DNA from: an uncultured Spirochaetota bacterium
GTDB taxonomy: Bacteria > Spirochaetota > Spirochaetia > SZUA-6 > Fen-1364
Length of the DNA stretch: 64,000 nt
NCBI GenBank assembly: GCA_963845535.1
Contig: CAWJSK010000014.1
Location: forward strand, 32,001 to 96,000
Direction: 5' to 3'
In this document: one piece after another, positions 42,375-52,435 of the stretch
Layout: each line of letters opens with the position of its first letter
Position numbering within the stretch: the stretch's first letter is position 1
Notes under the pieces: model-generated
What the model saw: only the letters and a program-made list of their open reading frames with translations
The model's database searches: none
Told to the model about the DNA's origin: nothing
Translations under genes and position numbers: made by a program

Positions 42375-42415
42375 GGTAAGGAGGCAGGGGTAGGGAGGCA
42401 AGGGTAGGGAGGCAG
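42375..42415. repeat. 3 x 14-bp tandem repeat (GGTAGGGAGGCAAG)
   Basis: Units start at 42375, 42389, 42403. Confidence 0.85.
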
Positions 42416-42431
42416 CCGACGGTCCACCGCG

Positions 42432-43214
42432 TCAGTGTTTCCGCTTGAAGTCTTTTACCCGAAAGTCGCTGATGACCTCCCAGACGTGGGCAAGGTTGTC
42501 ATCAATTGTTTTCCTGGCATCCTCGGCCATATCCGTGTAGACGCGCTTCACCCGCTCGAGAACGACAAAAAGGTCGTTGAGGAAGAAAGCCGCCTCCAGG
42601 ACGTACTCTTTCTCATCACGCTCGATCAGCGTGTAGTTGCGGGGGAACTTGCGCAGTTGCGCAATGAGTCGGATGAGGAACTGCGGGATCTCATCATTGT
42701 CGGTGGAGGCCAGATAGTGCAGCTGCGAATCCAGGCTGAGCATCTCCGAGGAGCTCATGGAGTACATCGTGTCCTGAAGGGCGTCTCCGATCTGCTGCCA
42801 GCGGTCCCGAAGGAGGTTGGTGAGAGCGCCCAGGAGACGGCGCGTCTCTTCGCTGGCATCCTGGTGAAACTGAATATCCGGGTACTTGATGATCCTCTTG
42901 CGGTTCTCTTCGAGCACACGGTCTGCGATGCTGTGCTGTTTTTCCGGTTCCGGCTTGGCCGGCTCCATGGCCACTTTCTTTTCCTCCCTGTCGATCAGCT
43001 CCTCGATGGCGCTGATCTCAGCCATCAGGAAGGAAGAGATATCCACACCCGCACGCAGCGCGCGGATGTAGCGTTCTTCGAAAGCCTCTTTGAGCGTTTT
43101 TGGCTTGAAATACTTGTTAACGTAGGTGTCGTACCTTTTTCTGATTTTCTCTACCGCGCCCGATATTTCTCCAGGCGTCAGTTTTCTGGGGATCACACGC
43201 CCTTCATAGCGCAT
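42432..43214 (-). CDS. Hypothetical helical protein
   Basis: 260-aa ORF with coding-like composition. Confidence 0.8.
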   Translation of the reverse strand: MRYEGRVIPRKLTPGEISGAVEKIRKRYDTYVNKYFKPKTLKEAFEERYIRALRAGVDISSFLMAEISAIEELIDREEKKVAMEPAKPEPEKQHSIADRVLEENRKRIIKYPDIQFHQDASEETRRLLGALTNLLRDRWQQIGDALQDTMYSMSSSEMLSLDSQLHYLASTDNDEIPQFLIRLIAQLRKFPRNYTLIERDEKEYVLEAAFFLNDLFVVLERVKRVYTDMAEDARKTIDDNLAHVWEVISDFRVKDFKRKH

Positions 43215-43238
43215 AGCGGCGCAAGGGTCAAGAAACCG

Positions 43239-43271
43239 CCGGAGGGTTGGTCCGACGGACGAGCCCTCCGG
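43239..43271 (-). terminator. Hairpin after ssb
   Basis: CCGGAGGGTTGGTCC-gac-GGACGAGCCCTCCGG. Confidence 0.55.
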
Positions 43272-43292
43272 TGCAGTGTTCAGAGCCGTTTC

Positions 43293-43739
43293 TCAGAAGG
43301 AGGAAGCCTCCGCGAGCTCGGAATCCTCCGCGGTCACTTCCGTGCCGCCTTCAGCCGGCAGGTCTGTCTTTTCCTCTTCTTCCTTTCCATCTTTCCCGTT
43401 CTTGTTCTTGAGCTGGGGTTTGAACTCGACGTGCTCCGCGATGACGATGATGCGGGAATGGCTCTTCCCGTCAGGATCCGTCCACCTGTCCTGCTTCAGC
43501 CTCCCCACCACCCGCACGCCTCTGCCCTTCTTCAGGTATTCCCCGCACACCTCGGCGAGCCGCGACCAGGTTGTCACATCGAAGAAGGAGACTTCCTCCT
43601 GCGTTTCCTGGTCCTGTTTGAAGAAGCGATTGCATGCCACGGAGAACTTGCACATGGCAGTTCCCTTGGGGGTGTACGAAAGCTCGGGGTCCCGGGTCAG
43701 GTTGCCCTCGATCAGCAGGGAGTTGAGATTGTTCATCAT
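43293..43739 (-). CDS. ssb: Single-stranded DNA-binding protein
   Basis: N...L.GNLTRDPE, YLKKG..V.V.GRL, acidic tail. Confidence 0.96.
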   Translation of the reverse strand: MMNNLNSLLIEGNLTRDPELSYTPKGTAMCKFSVACNRFFKQDQETQEEVSFFDVTTWSRLAEVCGEYLKKGRGVRVVGRLKQDRWTDPDGKSHSRIIVIAEHVEFKPQLKNKNGKDGKEEEEKTDLPAEGGTEVTAEDSELAEASSF

Positions 43740-43846
43740 GCATTCCTCCTTGCGCCTGGAAGCTCCAAGCGCCTCACCCATTGAATACAGGGCGGACGGC
43801 GGGGTGATTGCGCGATTGTCGGAAAATGACGTACAGTGGCTTCTGA

Positions 43847-44807
43847 ATGGCCGAATTAGAAAAAAGGATAAGCGGGGACTGGTTCGAACTAAGAGAAAAA
43901 GCCGGAGACTTCCACGCCCTGCTCGACGCGCTTCCCCTTTCGCCTTCCCAGTTGCGGGACTCAGCCACCACGCTGCGGCTGTCCGTTGAGCAGGGCATCA
44001 TCGAGTTCAAGCGCAGCATGCTCAGCCCTGTCCTTGTGGCTTTGGAGACGGCCCGGTATAAGACGCTGGACGGAGAAGAGATGATCGAGCAGGAAGGATC
44101 ACTTACCGCCCTCCTTTTCGCCATCATGGTCCAGCGCCTGCTCGCGGTGGACCTGCTTCCCCGCGCTCGTCCCCGCGAGGAAGCGCAGCAGATCGCCACG
44201 GACACGCTGGAGGTCGGGGTAATCGTCGAAGCCGTCAAGATGAAAATCAAGGCCAACCCGGGCCTCCGCGCGAACCCCGCAATCAAGAACATCCTTGTGC
44301 AGGTGCAGGTCTACAACAAGGAGAACAAGAAGATGCGGGAGCTGCTCCCCATGATCAAGCCTGAGATGCGCGCGTCATTCCTGGCCAATTTCAGACCGGA
44401 CTTTCGGCGGGATTGTCGGAAGCATCCGCCGCCATTACGCCGCCTTCCTGCAGGAGGAGGCTGCTGCCTCAAAGAGCAGGCACGTGGGGTTCTCCCTTGC
44501 GGTCCTGCCGCTGAAGGACCTTGCGCCTCTTCTTGCAACACAGGCCCGGGAGATAGCGAGAATCCGTTCCACGCTGGCGCATGCACGGGAAGAGAAGTAC
44601 AGGACGCGTGAGGTTCTTGTCCGCCTCTACGACAGCAGACACCAGGTCCTGACGCTCATCGAAGACGAAGTGAAGATGTACCGGAGGATATGCAAGGAAA
44701 CCCTTCAATACGACCTGGACGCATGCGCGCTGGAGGTTTCCGTCGGGTTCCGTGACCAGGTCGTCGAGATTCTGGAAAAGCAGAGCAGGCGCGAGCAGCC
44801 TGCCTAG
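43847..44807 (+). CDS. Hypothetical protein, frameshift near 44400
   Basis: Two overlapping helical ORFs; composition turns non-coding after LANF. Confidence 0.65.
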
Positions 44808-44822
44808 CACCGGCCGAAGCCT

Positions 44823-45122
44823 TCAGACCGTTACGGCCTCAATCCCGACAAGGCGCAGGTGGCCGTCCCGATAGACGTGCTTGAAGCGGAACTCGTTCTT
44901 GCGGGAAACGAACACCAGCTCCCCTTCCCGGAGATAGAAGTCATCCATCTCGCGCTCTACGTCCACCGCGTAGTAGCGAGTCAGGTAGTCCAGGAGGCGG
45001 TCCAGGTTGATCTGCTCGAAATGCTCCACGAGACGATTGAAGATCTCCCTGCTTCCCGTTCTCTCCAGGAAGTACATCTTCTGAGCCATAAAGAAGATGA
45101 TATGGTCCCGCGTGTGCTCCAT
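44823..45122 (-). CDS. Hypothetical protein
   Basis: 99-aa ORF with coding-like composition. Confidence 0.7.
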   Translation of the reverse strand: MEHTRDHIIFFMAQKMYFLERTGSREIFNRLVEHFEQINLDRLLDYLTRYYAVDVEREMDDFYLREGELVFVSRKNEFRFKHVYRDGHLRLVGIEAVTV

Positions 45123-45216
45123 CGGTCTCTCTGTGTATCGACATGCCACCCCTGAAAAATGAAGGCGGCATAGGAACGATTGCCGAGTGTTGGTATACTA
45201 GCGGTGGAGGTGGAGC

Positions 45217-46314
45217 GTGGCGAAAGGATTCAGTCTTGAGATGGGCCCCTGGGTCTACCGGGCCAAGTTCTCCGAGGAAGACGCCTGGGAGGAGGCGTAT
45301 GTCGAGCAGCCCCACATGAGCCCCCAGCAGGAGGAAGCGCTCCCAGAGTCGGAGCGCGCGAAGCTCCTTCTGCGCAGGAACAACTTTCCTGATCTGCCGC
45401 TGGTGAACTACACCACGCAGTACGGGATGGGGTGCTTCGAAGGGCTGAAGGCTTTTCCGCAGACCGACGGCAGCCTCAAGCTCTTTCGTCCGGATGAGAA
45501 CGGCAGACGCATGGAGTCCTCCATGAAAGGGCTTGCCATGCCTCCCTTCCCCCAGCACATGTTCCTCGCCGCGGTGAGGACCGTGGTCGGGAGGAACCAA
45601 TCCATCGGATTCGCCCCTGCCTACGATCCTGAATGGGCAAAGGATGATTTCGTCTCAGGACGCTCAGTCTACGTGCGGCCGTTCAGTTACGCCGAGCCGG
45701 GGATCGGCGTGGGCATATCCCGCCACCCGTGGGTGATCGTGATCACCACCCCGGTCGGAGCCTACTTCGCGCCGGGCAACTCGAAAGCCGTCACGACCAA
45801 GCGCGTGCGCGCCACCCCGGGCGGAACGGGCTGGATCAAGGCGGATTCCAACTACGTCACGAGCGCGCTTGCAAAGAAGGAAGCCGAGTCAGCCGGCTAC
45901 ATGGAAGCGATTTTCCTCGATGCGCGAGAGCAGAAGTATTTCGATGAAGGTTCCTCGTGCAACATCTTCTTCCTGATGAAGAACGGCACCCTCGTCACCC
46001 CGAGCCTGGAGGACACCATCCTTCCCGGCATCACGCGCAAGAGCATCCTCGTGCTCGCAGCCGAGAACGGAGTGAAGACGGAGGAGAGGCGCGTTTCGGT
46101 GAAGGAAGTGTTCTCCGACGCGAAAGAGTGCTTCGTGGCAGGCACGGCGGCAGGCATCTCATTCATCGAGTCAATCACGCATGACGGCAGGGAAGCCGTG
46201 TTCGCTCATCGGCAGATGGGAGACCTGACACGCTCCCTCCTCAAGACGCTCAAAGGAATCCAGTACGGCGCGCTTCCTGACGCGCATGGCTGGATGTTCA
46301 CGACGTTGTGCTGA
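45217..46314 (+). CDS. ilvE: Branched-chain amino acid aminotransferase
   Basis: FEGLKAF, LFRP, K..SNY, E....NIF, ILPGITR, GTAA. Confidence 0.92.
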   Translation: MAKGFSLEMGPWVYRAKFSEEDAWEEAYVEQPHMSPQQEEALPESERAKLLLRRNNFPDLPLVNYTTQYGMGCFEGLKAFPQTDGSLKLFRPDENGRRMESSMKGLAMPPFPQHMFLAAVRTVVGRNQSIGFAPAYDPEWAKDDFVSGRSVYVRPFSYAEPGIGVGISRHPWVIVITTPVGAYFAPGNSKAVTTKRVRATPGGTGWIKADSNYVTSALAKKEAESAGYMEAIFLDAREQKYFDEGSSCNIFFLMKNGTLVTPSLEDTILPGITRKSILVLAAENGVKTEERRVSVKEVFSDAKECFVAGTAAGISFIESITHDGREAVFAHRQMGDLTRSLLKTLKGIQYGALPDAHGWMFTTLC

Positions 46315-46342
46315 GGCGCTGACGCAAGGGGTTTCTCTCGCC

Positions 46343-49300
46343 CTACCAGGAGAGTGTTCCGAGGTCCTTCGGGATGTCGCTTTCGATCTGCGGTACGAAT
46401 CCTGAGACGGGGTAGAGGATGCCCCTCTGGTTCAAGTAGGGAAGGTTTCTGGCCCCTACCGCCGGTGGGGGCGTGCCCGGAGTCCTTGTGAGCGAGTCCG
46501 CTATCTGAGAAGCATCCGTAAGGTAGACGAGCCCTTCTGATCTCTTGTTCCTGTCCCCCGTGCGGGATGCCAGCTTGTCCAGGGTGACACCGAGGTTGTT
46601 GTTCACCTTTATCAGCGTTTCCAGCAGAGACAGTTGCTCCGGCTTCTCCCCGGGAACCAGCGTGCCCAGCGCCGCCCGGTGCGCCTCGAGCCGGTCACGG
46701 AGGCGCAGGTAGTAGCCCTGGGCCGCAAAATAGTCCCCCCTCTGATAAAAGCAGTTGCCGATGGCGTACAACAGCGTCGCCGGCGCCTTGCCGGAGTAGT
46801 CCACGGGGGCCGTTCCTGACGGCACGAGGGGGGGCGGAGCATCCTGGTCCCGAGGATATCCCCACTCCTCTTCCGCCTTGGAGAAGCTCGCCAGCGCCGA
46901 CGCGTAATCCTTGCCGGCGTAGTGCGTGAAACCGATCTTGTAGTCCAGGGAAGGATCGAAATACTCGTTGTCGATTGCCTTCTGGTAGAGCGTGCGCGCC
47001 ACATCCAGGTCGCCGACGATGTAGTAGTTCAGGTCTCCCAGGTCCGCGTAGGGCCTGCCGAAGATGCTGCCGGTCGTGATGAGCTTGTTCGCCTGGTTCT
47101 CTTCCACCTTGGCGATGGCGGTCGTGAGCTCCTTTTCCGCGTCGATGTACTGCCCCTTCTCGTCATCAAGCTCCCCGAGCCTGGTGTGGGTGTCCACCTC
47201 CATGGCAATCCGCTTCGGGTTCAGCGTGTCCGTGGGACGGAGGCGCAGCAGGGCGGCCTTGAGGGCGGTCAGCTCGTCATCGGGCTGTTCGGTGAGCCGG
47301 TAGTAGCGGGCGAGGTTGTAATGGATCTCCGCCAGCCGGGGGTCGGCCTGGTCGGCCTTGAGGAGCACGTCCTTGGCAAAATCCAGCCGCCGATGGTCGA
47401 TCAAGTACCCGCCCAGCTCCGCGTACACGTCAGGGTTCACGCGCACGTCGGGACGGGAGGCAAAATACACCCGCAGGCGCTCGATCTCCTGCGCATCATC
47501 CGTACGGATGAACCATCGGAGCATCCGGAACAGAAGGTCGTCCCGACTGCCGTACCTGTCGATCAGCGTTGCGTAATCCAGCCGCGCGGCCTTGAACCGT
47601 GCTGAGTCTTTCTGGTCCATTTCCGCGGTGGCCCAATCCAGGTTATTGTCTCCCGCGGCAAGGAGCGCGTCGAAATCGTACTGGTCCTTGTCCAGAAGCA
47701 GCTTTAGCAGGTTGTCCGCTTTCTTGTAGTCCACGAGCTTCGTGGATTCCATCCGGGCGTAGTCCAGGATGCCCTTCCTGTCGCCGGGAAAGTCCTGCAG
47801 CAGAAGGTCGTATTTTTGCTCCGCCAGGGGGTATTGGCGCTTGTCCGCAAAAGCCTCGGCATACCGGTAGTACCAGCGCTTGATGCGCTGAAGACCGCGC
47901 GCCTTATCGAAGCTTTCGTTGGCAAGCGTGAAACGGTCCCCGAGGATATGGGTATAGCCGATGCGGTAGTTCACCGCGGCAGACAGCGGCCGGTACACGA
48001 GTCGGTAGCCCAGGAAGCCGATCAGCGCGGCGGCAAGGACCGTGAGGGCGAACAGTCGCACGAGCGGGTAGATGTTCTCCCGCAGCGCGTAGGCGAAGCT
48101 CCGCTGCTCGGCCTCGAACGCAGCGCCTGTCTTTTTCTCGTAGCCGGCGGGAATAGCAATGCGCTTTCCCGTGATGCGAGTCACGACGGCCGCTATCTGC
48201 TGGGCTGTGGCGCCCGCCACGAGCAGCGAGACGAGCCGGGTCAGGTTGGCGCCGGTGGCTTTCCCCTCGCCAATGACCTCCTGGACGGCCATCTTGAGGT
48301 TGCGGGGGAGGGCCTCCAGGGTTTTCTTGAGGCGGTTGAACTGGTCCTGGGTGAGGGATAGGTCGGGCTCCGCGCCGCCCAGCTCCGGAAGAGCGGCAGC
48401 TTCTTCCGGCGTCTCCGAGGGTTCAGCGCCGGGCCGTCCCGGGGGCTGCGCCGGCGGTTTTGGAGGGGCGGCTTCCGCGGGCTGCTCCTCCACTGCAAAC
48501 TGTCCGGTGGGCTCGGCGAAATTGAAGTCCTCGAGATTGAGGTTGGCAAGACCCCCCTCCGCGCCGGCTTCGGACGACTGTTCCGCGGACGCCGGTTCAC
48601 CCCCGGGCTCGAAGGGCGTCTCCAGGGCGGCTTCGGATGGCGCTTCCAGAGGGGCTTCCAGAACGGCATCCAGAGGCGGCAGGGCAGCTTCCGAAGACTC
48701 CCCCAAGGCGGCATCTGGTGGGGCCCCCAGGGCGGCATCTGGTGCCGCCTCGAAAGGCGGGAACGCGCCAGGAATGGACGGCACGGCCGGTTCTTCTCCC
48801 GGGCAGGCCTTCCTCCGCCAGTGGGCCCGGCGGAAGCTCCTCTTCACCTGCGCCGGCCATCGGTTCTGGCAGGCTCAAGTCTTCGAGGTTTGGCAACTCG
48901 ATGCCGGCCAGCGCTTCCTCCGAAGAGGGCGCCTCGGGCTCTTCCTCCGCGGAAGGCACCGAGGGTTCCCCGATGTCTTCCGGCAGCACTTCCATCTGGG
49001 AAAGGTCGGACTGCAAAGAAGCGGACTCGCTTTCCGGAAGGCTGAACTCGTCAGCGGGGAGGTCGCCCGTCGGACGCTCGCCAGTGGTTCCGGCTTCCTG
49101 GGCCTCGGCCGCGGGAGGAGCCAGGTCTTCAATGGGCGGGGTTGCGGTTTCCTCTCCGAACAGGGAGCCGAAGTCGAGCCCGGCATCCTCCGCGGAGGGT
49201 TGGGCGCCCGTCTCTTGCGGGGATTCAGGCTCAGCCGGTGTTTGCGCTGCCTCCGGCCCGGCGCCCAGGTCATCCAGGCTGGACAGGTCCAGCCCGAAAT

Positions 49301-49509
49301 CAAGGCCGCTTTCGTCTGCCGGAGCAGCAGGAGATCGGCTCACCAGTGGCGGCGCCGACGTCGAGCAGATCACGGATGCCTTCGGGAAGCGCGTCATCCG
49401 GCGGCCGCACGTCCTCGATGGTCTGCGACCTGCGCTCCATGATCTCGGGCTCTCCGCCGAGGGAGTTCAAGACCTCCTTGAACTTCTCGATGTCCTCTTT
49501 GCGCGGCAA
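46343..49509 (-). CDS. flcA: FlcA-like flagellar collar TPR protein, frameshifts near 49325 and 48801
   Basis: AGGAG+TTG start MPRKEDIEKFK; acidic linker, single TM, TPR region; family assigned from recalled spirochaete architecture. Confidence 0.65.
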
Positions 49510-49618
49510 CTCGTCTCCTGGTTCAAGTTTCGGCCAAACGGGTACCTGCCATGATTCAAGTCATGCCATTTCCCGACCGAATATTAAAGCAAAAGCCCCA
49601 GGACGTCCAACAGTGAGC

Positions 49619-50401
49619 ATGAAGACCATCAAGGGCCACACCACATCAACCTCCCGGAAACCGGGGCTTCCCCACCGCGGGAAGATACCCCTCCTTCACT
49701 GCTTTCTCTTTGCCTGCATGGTTGCGGGCGCCGCGGGCCGCCTTTTTGCAGCCACGCCTTTGACCCTGGATCTTGCCCTCAACGGCCTCAAGGCGGCTCA
49801 GCCGCCTCAGCTCGTGGATGACGTCCTGATCCTGAGCTACAGCCCGGATCATTCCCGCAACATCAGGTTCGTCGGCGCCCGGTTCGAGACCGAGGACTAC
49901 GCGGTCCTCCACTCATTTTCCAGGAACCAGTACGGGGTGTACGTGCTGGACTACGAGGTCCCCGAGAGCTCCCGTGTGATCCGCTACCGCCTCGTGGTCG
50001 ACGGGCTGTGGGTGAGTGACCCGACGAACCCTGATTCCGAAACGGATGACCAGGGCAACATGATATCGCTTTTCACGATCGAGAAAGAGCCCTCGCGGCC
50101 CATTCTCAATCCTAGACGGGAAGCCGACGGAAGCGTCACGTTCGTGTTTCGGGGCCTCCCCGGCCGGCGCGTGACCATCCAGGGGGACTTCAACAACTGG
50201 GACCCTTTCGTGAACCAGTTGACGGAAACGGAACCCGGCATGTATCGAATAACCCTTCACCTGCTCCCCGGGGGGCACTGGTACCGGTTCTTCTCCGACG
50301 GCCGGAGGCTGGTTGACCGGTACAACTCCGACACGGCGCGTGATCCTGACGGGCTGCCGGTGAGCTACTTCGAGGTTTTTCCCCCGCCGCCTGATCCCTG
50401 A
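49619..50401 (+). CDS. Secreted protein with two glycogen-binding (CBM48/AMPK-beta-like) domains
   Basis: YRLVVDGLW..DP.N, GDFNNWDP, PG.H.Y.F..DG. Confidence 0.82.
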   Translation: MKTIKGHTTSTSRKPGLPHRGKIPLLHCFLFACMVAGAAGRLFAATPLTLDLALNGLKAAQPPQLVDDVLILSYSPDHSRNIRFVGARFETEDYAVLHSFSRNQYGVYVLDYEVPESSRVIRYRLVVDGLWVSDPTNPDSETDDQGNMISLFTIEKEPSRPILNPRREADGSVTFVFRGLPGRRVTIQGDFNNWDPFVNQLTETEPGMYRITLHLLPGGHWYRFFSDGRRLVDRYNSDTARDPDGLPVSYFEVFPPPPDP

Positions 50402-51012
50402 TAGCTCGTTCCCCAGGAGTTCAACCAGAGAATCGAGTCAAGCGGTTTCCTGACCTTCCCCCGAGGTTGAAAGCCCGCTGCGGGATATCCAAGGGCGATG
50501 AGAGAGACCACTTTCACGTGCCGTGGGGCCCCTATGGCGCGACGGGCGCCTCTCCTGTTGAACCACCCGATCCAGCAGGTCCCCAGCCCCAGCTCGGCAG
50601 CGCGCAAGGCGATGTGCTCTCCTGCGATCCCGCAATCCAGCTGATACATGGCGCTGTCTTTCAGAGACTTTGCCGCTTCTGCCATGCCGGCTCTTTCCGC
50701 GCAGAGGGCGATGATCACCGGCGCGTTTGCGGCGAAACGCGTAGCAGAGAAGAGCCCGGAGAAGCATCTTCGGGCAAGCTCATCCCGCGACTTCGGCTCT
50801 TTGACCACGACAAACCGCCACGGTTGGCTGTTGCTTGCCGACGGCGCAAGGCGCGCGGCTTCCATGATTGAGAGGACGTGCTCGTCCGGCACGGGGCGCG
50901 TGTCATAGCGGCGGACGCTGCACCGCGCAAGGATCAGGGCTTCGAGCGGGGACAGCGGCACACAAGGGGAAGGAACGGGAAGCGGCGAGGCCGCCGCAAG
51001 CGGGCTGCTCAT
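50365..51012 (-). CDS. Nitroreductase family protein
   Basis: R.SVR.Y, APSASN.QPW.F, GLGTCWIG. Confidence 0.93.
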   Translation of the reverse strand: MSSPLAAASPLPVPSPCVPLSPLEALILARCSVRRYDTRPVPDEHVLSIMEAARLAPSASNSQPWRFVVVKEPKSRDELARRCFSGLFSATRFAANAPVIIALCAERAGMAEAAKSLKDSAMYQLDCGIAGEHIALRAAELGLGTCWIGWFNRRGARRAIGAPRHVKVVSLIALGYPAAGFQPRGKVRKPLDSILWLNSWGTSYQGSGGGGKTSK

Positions 51013-52316
51013 CCGGCGGCGTCCTGGTGGACTCGCTCCGTCCCTGCCTGAGCCTCTTCTCTCAGCCGGTGAATCGAGTCGAACCATTTCAGCGCGCTCT
51101 CGAAACGGAACGGTATCCTGTAGAGCCTTCCTTGGAACGTGAAATGCATCTTGTCTCCGGGGTCCACGGAGAGCGCTCCAACCGCGGACAGCGGCGCGGC
51201 AAGGGGAATGCCCAGCCGGGTGCGAAAGAGAAGCCGCCCGTTTGTCAGGAACGCCCTTCCGAATGCCAGCCGTCTCAGGTTGGGGAACTTGTCCTGGCGG
51301 AAGAGAAAGTGGGGGCGGGAGATGAGGAAGACCTGCTCCCCGGGGGCAAGGCCCAGCCGCGCTTCGGTCCTGATTGGCGTGAACGGCATCGCCTTGATCC
51401 GGGCATAATGCTGGGGGAGGCTGGTCCAGATCCCTTCGGCTTTCCCATCCTCATCCACGGGGGAAAGCCTGCATGTCACGTCGATCACCCAGGAGGAGAA
51501 GCAACTGGAGCACTCCACCCTGTTCGTGCTGAACGGCCGCACGACCTTCAGCCCTTCCAGCGTTCCGCAGCTCGGGCACCGGTACAGCACGTGCGTCACG
51601 TCGACGGCAAGACCCTTGAACGTGAATTGCGAGGTGTCGACCTGCCTGCCGTAGTCCTGGGTCTGGATTGCGCGCGTGATGTCCTGGGCTATCGTCTCAT
51701 CGTCATCCGGGATGCTTTCGGGCACATACAGCCGGGAGAACGTCGCCTTCACCGGAAAACGCCTCCATCGCCTGGCCCAACGAGGGTACACGAAATACGC
51801 CCCATCGAACCGGCAGACGTAGACGGGCGCCCGCAGCTTCCTGATGAGCTTCGCAATTCCATGTGAGATGGGCTGCGTGGTTCCGTCCCACGACCTGACC
51901 CCTTCGGGAAAGACCCCGATGAGCCCGCCCCTTTCAGCAATGGAAAAGATGGAGCGCAGCGCGGTGATGTCGGAGGCTGCCTTGCGCTTGGGGAATGCCC
52001 CGAACCACCGGATGAGCCGGCCGAGCGCGCGCTGGCGGAACAGGTCCTCGGTTGCGGCGAAATACACCGGGCGCCGCAGAAGGATGTAGAGCCAGATGGG
52101 ATCAAACAGCGTGGTGTGATTGGCAAGGATGATGCCTGTCCCCGTCTGCGGCACGACGGACGCATGGACCCGTTCGAGCTGGAAATACTTGATGATGAAA
52201 CCGCGCAAAAGGGTGGTCATCACCCGGTAGAAAATGCGGTTGACCAGCCTGACCTTTTTGAAAGCAGGGGACGCTGCGGCTGGTTCGTTCATCGGGCCAA
52301 AGATACTGATTCGCAC
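51009..52316 (-). CDS. Lysophospholipid acyltransferase with C-terminal Zn ribbon
   Basis: NHTTLFD, FPEG.R, CPSC..CSSC. Confidence 0.9.
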   Translation of the reverse strand: MRISIFGPMNEPAAASPAFKKVRLVNRIFYRVMTTLLRGFIIKYFQLERVHASVVPQTGTGIILANHTTLFDPIWLYILLRRPVYFAATEDLFRQRALGRLIRWFGAFPKRKAASDITALRSIFSIAERGGLIGVFPEGVRSWDGTTQPISHGIAKLIRKLRAPVYVCRFDGAYFVYPRWARRWRRFPVKATFSRLYVPESIPDDDETIAQDITRAIQTQDYGRQVDTSQFTFKGLAVDVTHVLYRCPSCGTLEGLKVVRPFSTNRVECSSCFSSWVIDVTCRLSPVDEDGKAEGIWTSLPQHYARIKAMPFTPIRTEARLGLAPGEQVFLISRPHFLFRQDKFPNLRRLAFGRAFLTNGRLLFRTRLGIPLAAPLSAVGALSVDPGDKMHFTFQGRLYRIPFRFESALKWFDSIHRLREEAQAGTERVHQDAAG

Positions 52317-52435
52317 CTGTCAACGCAAGCGGGGAAGGCACGTGGGAAAGCCGGAGGGGGTGCAGGCTCTTGCTTCCTGCTTGCGCGCGCTGCCCATCCG
52401 TCCTACCATCCGATCACGCTCTGGAGGTACGCCCC

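Noticed and set aside
48620..48760. 12/24-nt periodic repeats in flcA
   Set aside because: They encode an ordinary low-complexity acidic Pro/Ala linker
49555..49586. Sigma28-like promoter near flcA
   Set aside because: Spacing and -10 match too weak to support
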